A model generated the notes under the pieces. The model worked only from the letters and a program-made list of their open reading frames with translations. It made no database searches and was not told the origin of the DNA. From contig JABLXU010000004.1 in NCBI GenBank assembly GCA_013177805.1, forward strand, positions 34,447-98,446: a DNA stretch of 64,000 nt. Reading direction: 5' to 3'. This DNA comes from Candidatus Omnitrophota bacterium (GTDB lineage Bacteria; Hinthialibacterota; Hinthialibacteria; Hinthialibacterales; Hinthialibacteraceae). Position numbers and translations under genes: made by a program. Positions within the stretch are counted from its first letter, which is position 1. Every line of letters starts with the position of its first letter. Positions 38,572 through 45,913 of this stretch are shown here, piece by piece.

Positions 38572-40044
38572 ATGATGGTTATGCAAAAGAAATCAAAATA
38601 TTTATATGCATACATGGGTTTGATCATCGGTGTTTTAATTTTTGGATTTGCCAATTCAACGACTCAAGATTGCGATATTTGGTGGCACTTACAGAATGGA
38701 AAAATGATTTTTGAATATCATCAATGGCCAAGTCCAGATCAATATTCTTATATCACCCATCAGACACCATGGATTGTTCATTCGTGGCTGGCAGACTGAT
38801 TCTTTTATGTTTTATATAAATACGGCGGATATTCCAGCCTCGAAATAGTCCGTATATTTGTTCATTTGACTTTTGCCGTGACCTGCTCGAGGATTTGCTA
38901 TAGAAAGGGTGTCCGTCTCGAATGTTGCATTATCCTTTCGTTTCTGGCCATGTACCTTGTATGCGACCGAGAAGTGAGGCCATTTATTTTCAGCGAACTT
39001 GGCGCATTGGCGGTTTTTTATCTCATCAGAAATCCAGTGTTCCCTAAAATATATACACCATTTATCAGTGCTTTATCGCTTATATGGGTTAATGTGCATC
39101 CAATGTCTATTATTTTTTCCATATATTTAGCAATTATCTTAATTGTTAATTATACATTATTATTTTTCAAAAAATACTACAACAAGTCCCTATTTATTCA
39201 ATTATTTAATAACAATTGGATTCTTGCCTGCTTGCTTTTTATTGGGTGTTCCTTTGTGAATCCCAATCCGATAGGTTGGTTGCAACGAATATATCATTCC
39301 CCTGCTTACGGCACATTCGATTGGCAAAATATTTATTTTGTTACCTGGCATAGATTTTCTTATTACTATCTTAAGTTCATTATATTACATGTTTTATTAA
39401 TTTTATATATCTTGCTAATTGTTGGAAAAATGGCTAAGATTGTAGAGAGAAACAGTTTGAATGAAATCGCATTTGGGTGTTTTTGTCTTTTTCTTGCATT
39501 CCGTTTTGAAAGAACACAATGGCTGATGGTATTTCCAATGATTTCCATTCTCGTACATTCCGATTATTCAATCTTTATGAAAAATAATAAACCCAATATC
39601 TATTATAGGCAGCCTCTCTATTTTTATATTTTTTTGCAAATGCTTCGTTTTCAGATACCTCAAATGGAAATGATGCCAGTTCAGTCCATTATATATTGGA
39701 ATGAAAATAGTTTTGGTGGTAATGTTTATTGTAAATGGACATGGTCTGGTTATGTTCATTGGCATACAAACGGCACCGCCAAGACTTTTGTTGATACTCG
39801 AATCGAACCTTTTAACCGTACTGAAATTGAATTGGCCATCCGGGCTCAGGAAAATGTGATTTCCTATCTTGGAGATTTAGCAAGAAAAGGAACAGAATAT
39901 CTGTTACTTGAAAACCTTAAATTCAAAAAGCAACTTGGTGATATTATTAAATCAAACTTAGCCATAGTCTTGTATAGAAACGATAAAGAAATTCTTTTAA
40001 AATTAAATATTGAAAAAGTAAGAGAGCTTTATGGAAATAATTAA
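38572..40044 (+). pseudogene. GT-C-like polytopic membrane protein interrupted by one in-frame TGA
   Basis: ORFs 38572..38799 and 38866..40044 are in the same frame. The only stop between them is TGA at 38797-38799 (...HSWLAD*FFYVLYKYGGYSSLEIV...). The N-terminal block DCDIWWHLQNG...PDQYSY...HSWL looks like the first-loop Asp motif of GT-C enzymes. TAA terminal stop. Confidence 0.6.
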
Positions 40045-40069
40045 ATTATAAATATAAAAATATTATAAT
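40041..40069 (+). promoter_or_regulatory. Candidate sigma70-type promoter made of island DNA
   Basis: TTAAAT (40041-40046), a 17-nt spacer, then TATAAT (40064-40069). AAGGAGA (40089-40095) lies upstream of GTG 40105. Such matches arise easily by chance in AT-rich DNA. Confidence 0.25.
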
Positions 40070-40104
40070 AAAGATTTTTATATACAATAAGGAGATACAA
40101 AATA

Positions 40105-41040
40105 GTGTTAAAATTATATCTGGAACAATTAATGCCTTTTAACAAATATTTATTCATGGCGGCCGTGACCATCGCGGCCGCCGGGTGTTCTCCAGGCCAA
40201 TCCGGGCCGCTGACGATTAGCGGGGCGTCGAGTCCCGGGCTCACCTTGAAAGATGGGCGGTGGGAAGCGCAGGCTATGTTAGTGGATCAATCTGCGGAAG
40301 GTCTGCCACCTGGAATGCCACCTCCTCCCAAAGCCAAAAGCACCTGGCTGAGGCCCAGCGGAACGATAATCAACCACGGAACGCAAACCTTGACGGACAT
40401 TCAACTCATCCTCCATGCCCGGGAAAGACGCTCGCAACGGATTCACGAGAAAGTCTTCTCCTTCGATATCGAGCTCCAGCCGGGTGAGGAATATAGAATC
40501 GAGTATCAACATCCTTCCTTTTTGACGCTCGGAAGCCCCCGGATCGACCGCTGCGATGCCACCCTCCAGGCCTCTGTGAAAAGCGCCACGCCCAGCGGGG
40601 AACCCTCCGGCCGGAGAATCAATTCGATTCCGTCAGCGGATTTTCCCGAAAGATGCCGTGCGTCATGGTCATGTGGATTGGCCGCGTTGCTGTGGATTGC
40701 CCAGCCTCTCCCGCTGACTCCGGAGGAATTCCGGCAATGGCAAGATAAGCATGGAGCGGAAGAACACACCCTCAGCGAATTGATAGCGGCGGGAACCGAT
40801 TTGGGATTTCAGGCCACCCCCTTTGCCGCTTATGACAAATCCTCCGCGCCGATCCAAGAAATTGCAGCCCCCTGGATCGCCCATTGGTCGGAAGGCCATT
40901 ACGTCGCGGTTGAGACAGCCAAGGATGGCCAGGTTTGGATTTATGATCCCGCCGAGGGAGCAACCGTGATGGGCGAATCTTCTTTCCGCGAACGTTGGAG
41001 CGGGTATGGGTTCCCGCTGCGTAAGAATTCAGCGCCGTAG
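40105..41040 (+). CDS. Lipoprotein with C-terminal peptidase C39-like (papain-fold) domain
   Basis: The signal and lipobox are ...MPFNKYLFMAAVTIAAAGCS. The C-terminal blocks are SWSCGLAALLWIA (Cys), APWIAHWSEGHYVAVE (His), VWIYDPAEG and FRERWSGYGFPL, as in bacteriocin-exporter C39 domains. The first ~17 codons are AT-rich island DNA and the rest is GC-rich. Alternative starts are 40132 and 40156. Confidence 0.7.
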   Translation: MLKLYLEQLMPFNKYLFMAAVTIAAAGCSPGQSGPLTISGASSPGLTLKDGRWEAQAMLVDQSAEGLPPGMPPPPKAKSTWLRPSGTIINHGTQTLTDIQLILHARERRSQRIHEKVFSFDIELQPGEEYRIEYQHPSFLTLGSPRIDRCDATLQASVKSATPSGEPSGRRINSIPSADFPERCRASWSCGLAALLWIAQPLPLTPEEFRQWQDKHGAEEHTLSELIAAGTDLGFQATPFAAYDKSSAPIQEIAAPWIAHWSEGHYVAVETAKDGQVWIYDPAEGATVMGESSFRERWSGYGFPLRKNSAP

Positions 41041-41110
41041 GAAATCTAAGGAAGGAGAGATGGATTAACGAAGCGCAACCCATCAAAACGATCTTCGAAT
41101 AGTAAAAAAC

Positions 41111-44100
41111 TCACCCCGCCCGCTGCCCGTAGCGTTTCCGCAGGGTGATTTTCTTGTACTCGGCGCGGGTATCGAACAGCTCCCGCAGCACCGGCAGATA
41201 CGCGCTGCGCGTGGGATCTTCTCCGTTGATCGACTCGATCACGATCACGGGTACCGGAGAGACCAGCCGCTCCAGCCAATCGCGGAAGAGGCCGAAATAG
41301 CGCGGCAGGTTAGGATCATCCGCGGGGACGTGGATCTCCACTTCCCGCCCTGAGCGGCGGCTGGTCATGACCAGCTTCCGGCCGTGATAGACCAGATGAT
41401 GCGACGGCCTCCGCTCGGGCAATTCATACCCCAGGCCGGTGAGGGAGACGCCGCAGAGCGAGGCGGGGTCGGCCGCGTTGAGCCAAAAGACCGGCTCCTC
41501 GGAGAGGTGAAACGGCATCGTCCGCAACGCCGCCGGGCTGATGAATTGCATTCCGGGAATCCCCTCGAAAAAGTATCCGCCCACGATCTCACCCGACAGT
41601 TCCATGATCCGCAGCGCCTTGAAGAGCCGGCCCCAGCGGAACGCAGGGGATTCGCGGGCCAACAGATCCCGGAACAGGATGCCGTAGCGGTCGAGCAGCA
41701 GCCGGACGCGGTCCTTCTGCCGCTCCAGTTCGTCCATGGCGTCTTCCGGCGGCTGCGGGCCGGGTAGCGCGTACCAGTTGCCCGCAAAAGGCCGGGTGGA
41801 TTGCCAGCGCGAAAATCCGGACCGCCGGGGGCGCGCTTCATTTTGGGATATTTCCGCCACCTTGAACCGCGTCTCGATGCCCTTGCGCAGCGCGGCGAAC
41901 GAATCGTTGGTCACTTTTCCGGCCCACGCCAGGTCCCACAGGCGGCGGGACAGTTCCCCCGACGGCAAGCCGCTATGCTGGAGCAGATGGGTGAAGTCAT
42001 ACTTCGCCTGGCGGTTGGGAAAGATTGCCCGCAGTGCGTCCAGGTCCGCCCTATTCTCTTCATGACTTGAAGATTCGTCTGGATCCGGTTCGCTCTCCCC
42101 ATCCGAGAAAAGATCCAACTGATCCCGGAAGCAGAGCGTGATCTTCTCCTGACCGCGCCCCAGCCAGAGCAGCTCGGTCTCTTGCATCAAACTGTCCATC
42201 CAGGAGGGAGAATACGAACTCACGCGCGAGACCAGAAACTCGGTTTCCCATAAATTCGCGGCCGCTGTATAGCCGAGCAGTTTTTCCAGGGCCAGCTGCA
42301 GATCGTCCCGCGTGCTTCCTGGGTGCGTGAGCCGTTGCTGCGAGGCCAAAAACAGGGGCAGGGCATCGGCCGGCAGGGTTTCGAAGGCGGGGGCGGCCTC
42401 CTTGCGGGCCAGGCGCAGGAGCCGCTCCAGGTTTTCGCTGTCGCAGATCTCGTCTCCCGCTCCGCCCATCGTGAGCGTGCCGGCCACGATCCGCTGCTCG
42501 TTCAGCAAGTCTTCCAGCGCGGCCTCCAACACGTATTCGCTGAGTTCCCAGACCTCTTGCAAGAACGCGCGGCGCATGGGCCCGTAATACGCCAGCCACT
42601 GGCCCAGCCACTCCGCCAGGGATTCTTCCTCTTGCTTGGCCAGCCGCTGAATTTCCTTTTCCACGAATCCCTTGCGGATTGGCGGCGGTCCATCCGCGGG
42701 CAACGATTCCATATAGATGGATTCGAGATCCAGCTGCAACACCTTCATCAGCCGGGGCAGGATCTCCAGCGATACCACGCCGGACGAGATATGCTGGGGA
42801 AGCGTGATCCGGATAAGTTTGCCGTGGATTTCTTGCAGCCACGCGGCGGGATCAATGTGGGAATCCCGCTGGATGGCCTGGAGCAGTTCCCTCCATTCCG
42901 CTTCGGGAATGAACAACCGCTCCTTGACCCAATCCAGCAACTCGGCAGGACTTCCCGGAGCGTACTCAGGGAACACCCGTTGGATTTTCTGTTGGAACCG
43001 CCGCGCTAAGTCCGGAGCGATTTCGGGCCGCAGATCGGCGGTGAAGACGATCTCCTTGATCCAATCGTCCTGCAGCCGCGAGGTTTTGCCCTCCAGCCCG
43101 TCATCATAATCATACATATAGAGATTGGTCTGTTGCCACAGCAGGCTTTGGGCGAAAGGCGAGGGATGGGCCGTGCGGGTTTCGGTGACCGCGATGACGC
43201 CTTCCCGGATTTCCTGTAACAGAGTCCGCAGGGTTTCCAGATCGAACTCGTCGCGCAGGCATTCGCGCCAGGTTTCGAGCACAATGGGAAAATCGGGGAA
43301 GCGCGACACGGCGTCCAGCAGTTCTTTCGAGCGCTGCCGGTTGAGCCACAACGGCGTCCGGCGGCCGAATGCGTCACGGGGCAGCAGCAGGGCGCGCGCG
43401 GCGTTCTCCCGGAACCGCGCCCCGAAGAAGCCGGTTTGCTCCAACTTTTCCCGCAGCCAGCGCTCGAGGTCTTGCGGATCGATAGTGAACAGCATCTCCC
43501 GCGCGGACGCGCCCGGCGGCAGGTGCATGGCGATGCCGTCATCGTTGACGAACACTTCCAGCCGCGTACCCTGGGTGGCTTCCCACAATCCCGCGAGGGC
43601 CACGGCCAGCGGGCGGTTGATCTTGCCGCCCCATCCCGTGTGCAGCACCACCATCCATCCGTCCTGGAATATCTCCGGGGTCTTGGTGTACTCGATCAAC
43701 AAGTGATGGCGGTGGGGCAGATCGGAACGCGTGGCTTCCTTCTGGTTCCGCAGAAAATCGATGAGCGCTTCCGACGCCGGTTCATTCAACTGGTATTCCC
43801 GCTGGAGGGATTCCAGGAAACCGGAGGCCTCCACGTGTTCGTTGGCGGTTTCGAGAAAATGCCCGATTTTTTCAGCGAAATAAAAATCCCGCCCCGTCGC
43901 TTCCGCCCGCCAGAAGGGCATATCCTTGGCCTTGCCGGAAACCGGAACGGCGAGCACGTCGTTGTGGGTGATGGCATGGATGCGCCAGGTCTGCGTGCCG
44001 AAGGTGAAGGTATCACCCAGCCGCCGTTCCCACACGAATTCTTCGTCCAACTCGCCGATCTTGGCGTGCGTTTCCCGGTGCCGAAGGGTGTAATAGCCCC

Positions 44101-45616
44101 GGTCGGGGATCGTGCCGCCCGACGAATACACGAGCCGCAGCGCGCCGTCCCGCGCGCGGATCGTGTTCTCCAGCCGGTCGATCGATACCAGCGCCTGCAA
44201 TCTTCGCAACCGCCCTCCTCCGTAGTGTCCGCCCAGCATTTTGAGGACCAGGTCGTATTCCGCCCGCCGCAGCGCATGGTATGGATGACTGGTCCGCAAA
44301 AAGTCAAATAACCGGTCGATATCCCAGCGTTCCACGCCCGTCATCGCCACGATGATTTGCGCCAACACGTCCAACGCGCCGGTTACTGGTTCCACTGGTT
44401 CGATGTCCCGCTCCAGGATGCTTTTCGCCATCACCGCTGATTCCACCAAGTCGCGTCCATGGGCGGGGAAGAGGATTCCGCGGCTGATCCCGCCCACGCG
44501 ATGCCCGGCGCGGCCCACCCGTTGCAGGCCGGCCGCGATGGAAGTGGGTGTTTGCACCATCAACACTTCGTCCAGCGCGCCGATGTCGATGCCCAACTCC
44601 AGCGTCCCCGTGGCCACGATGGCGGACAGTTCCCCCCGCTTGAGCCGTTCCTCAACCACCAGCCGCGTCTCGCGCGAGAGCGAGCCGTGGTGCGCGTACG
44701 CGATCCGTTCGGGCTCGTCCTGGTTGAGCAGCAGGCTGATCCGTTCGCATAACCGCCGGTTGTTGGTGAAGATCAGCGTGGAACGGTTTTTCTGAATAAT
44801 CGGTTTCAATTCCTCGGCCATCCGCGCCCACATGGATGGCTCGTCACGTTCTTCGTCTTCGGCCCTGGCGAAACGCACCTCGACCTGATACCGCTTGGCC
44901 TGGCCGGAGGGAATGACGAGAACCTCGCGGGGGATATACCGCGGTTCCGGACCATGGTTCTCCATCCGGAAGCCACCCACCCACGCGGCGATTTTCTCCA
45001 GCGGTTTCACTGTCGCCGACAGCGCCACGCGTTGAAACTCGCCCGACAAGGGAACCAGCCGGTCCACGGCGGTGATCAGATGCGTCCCGCGCTTGTTTCC
45101 CGCCACGGCATGGATTTCGTCCAGGATGACGCAACGCAGACCGGTTAGCATTTTCCGGCCTTGGATCGAGCTGACCAGCAGGTTCAAACTCTCCGGCGTG
45201 GTGATGAGGATTTCCGGCGGCCGGCGCAGCATCTTCGCGCGCTCGGAGTAATCGGTGTCGCCGCTGCGGGTCAGCACCGAGAGGGCAGGGAAGGGCACGT
45301 CCTCTTTCTCGAAATAGTCCTGGATTTCGGCGAGCGGACCCAGCAGGTTGCGCTGGATGTCATTGTTCAGCGCCTTGAGCGGCGAAACATATAACACCCG
45401 CGTTCCCCCGCGCGGCCATTGTTCCGTGACCAGTTGATGGATCGACCACAAGAACGCCGTGAGGGTTTTGCCGCTGCCGGTGGGAGCCGTGATCAACACA
45501 TGCCGGCCCCGCGCGATCTCAGGCCACGACCGCGCCTGGACATCCGTCGGCACGCCCACCCGTTCCGCGAACCAGCGTCGAATCAAGGGATGGAAGAGAT
45601 ACAGCGCGTCCGGCAT
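41111..45616 (-). CDS. lhr: Lhr-family large DEAH-box helicase
   Basis: 1501 aa. Walker A TAPTGSGKT and DEIH box (VILDEIHAV) are present. It has the length and long C-terminal extension typical of Lhr. Confidence 0.9.
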   Translation of the reverse strand: MPDALYLFHPLIRRWFAERVGVPTDVQARSWPEIARGRHVLITAPTGSGKTLTAFLWSIHQLVTEQWPRGGTRVLYVSPLKALNNDIQRNLLGPLAEIQDYFEKEDVPFPALSVLTRSGDTDYSERAKMLRRPPEILITTPESLNLLVSSIQGRKMLTGLRCVILDEIHAVAGNKRGTHLITAVDRLVPLSGEFQRVALSATVKPLEKIAAWVGGFRMENHGPEPRYIPREVLVIPSGQAKRYQVEVRFARAEDEERDEPSMWARMAEELKPIIQKNRSTLIFTNNRRLCERISLLLNQDEPERIAYAHHGSLSRETRLVVEERLKRGELSAIVATGTLELGIDIGALDEVLMVQTPTSIAAGLQRVGRAGHRVGGISRGILFPAHGRDLVESAVMAKSILERDIEPVEPVTGALDVLAQIIVAMTGVERWDIDRLFDFLRTSHPYHALRRAEYDLVLKMLGGHYGGGRLRRLQALVSIDRLENTIRARDGALRLVYSSGGTIPDRGYYTLRHRETHAKIGELDEEFVWERRLGDTFTFGTQTWRIHAITHNDVLAVPVSGKAKDMPFWRAEATGRDFYFAEKIGHFLETANEHVEASGFLESLQREYQLNEPASEALIDFLRNQKEATRSDLPHRHHLLIEYTKTPEIFQDGWMVVLHTGWGGKINRPLAVALAGLWEATQGTRLEVFVNDDGIAMHLPPGASAREMLFTIDPQDLERWLREKLEQTGFFGARFRENAARALLLPRDAFGRRTPLWLNRQRSKELLDAVSRFPDFPIVLETWRECLRDEFDLETLRTLLQEIREGVIAVTETRTAHPSPFAQSLLWQQTNLYMYDYDDGLEGKTSRLQDDWIKEIVFTADLRPEIAPDLARRFQQKIQRVFPEYAPGSPAELLDWVKERLFIPEAEWRELLQAIQRDSHIDPAAWLQEIHGKLIRITLPQHISSGVVSLEILPRLMKVLQLDLESIYMESLPADGPPPIRKGFVEKEIQRLAKQEEESLAEWLGQWLAYYGPMRRAFLQEVWELSEYVLEAALEDLLNEQRIVAGTLTMGGAGDEICDSENLERLLRLARKEAAPAFETLPADALPLFLASQQRLTHPGSTRDDLQLALEKLLGYTAAANLWETEFLVSRVSSYSPSWMDSLMQETELLWLGRGQEKITLCFRDQLDLFSDGESEPDPDESSSHEENRADLDALRAIFPNRQAKYDFTHLLQHSGLPSGELSRRLWDLAWAGKVTNDSFAALRKGIETRFKVAEISQNEARPRRSGFSRWQSTRPFAGNWYALPGPQPPEDAMDELERQKDRVRLLLDRYGILFRDLLARESPAFRWGRLFKALRIMELSGEIVGGYFFEGIPGMQFISPAALRTMPFHLSEEPVFWLNAADPASLCGVSLTGLGYELPERRPSHHLVYHGRKLVMTSRRSGREVEIHVPADDPNLPRYFGLFRDWLERLVSPVPVIVIESINGEDPTRSAYLPVLRELFDTRAEYKKITLRKRYGQRAG

Positions 45617-45770
45617 GATTTTATTTAACCAGTCCCCAGGGTGTCACTCTGGATTGAATTCTTGCGCGCTGTTGGGGCTAAAACAACCGAGTCACATGGT
45701 GGTAATCCGTTACGTTTTTAGGATATAGATCAGTTCATAATCATATGAAGGGCGAGAATCTTCGAGTCCG

Positions 45771-45810
45771 TTTTCCCTTACCCCGGCCCTCTCCCAAAGG
45801 GAGAAGGAAT
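45771..45810 (-). repeat. GC-rich intergenic hairpin repeat, copy 5
   Basis: The reverse complement reads ATTCCTTCTCCCTTTGGGAGAGGGCCGGGGTAAGGGAAAA. This is the closest match to copy 4. Confidence 0.6.
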
Positions 45811-45913
45811 TCGGAGGTTGGTCTTTCATTGATCCTATCCAGAGTAGAGAACTGATGATCCGAAAAAAGTACGCACTTCCTGGATGAGCCACATTTGTTT
45901 TTCATCCCCACAC

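Larger units (their letters stand above)
36020..40155. other. Low-GC genomic island (horizontally acquired segment, no mobility genes seen)
   Basis: Composition switches abruptly at ...CCGGGGGTGA|TAAGTTTGAC... and ...AATATTTATTC|ATGGCGGCCGTGACC.... AT-rich codon usage holds throughout. Confidence 0.8.

Noticed and set aside
36044-40142. Possible terminal inverted repeat of the island: TTTAAAGGC at 36044-36052 versus GCCTTTTAA at 40134-40142.
   Set aside because: The match is only 7-8 nt and imperfect, in AT-rich DNA where such matches occur by chance. There are no flanking direct repeats and no transposase.
2313-44311. Many long ORFs lie antisense to, or out of frame with, the called genes. 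Examples: 2313..3719(+), 5377..6666(+), 13983..15059(+), 15669..16565(-), 24032..24925(+), 25073..26143(+), 27685..28713(+), 35140..35973(-), 43436..44311(+).
   Set aside because: These are shadow ORFs expected in GC-rich DNA. They are Arg/Gly/Pro/His-rich and low-complexity. They lack motifs and start signals, and each is fully overlapped by a gene with clear family signatures.
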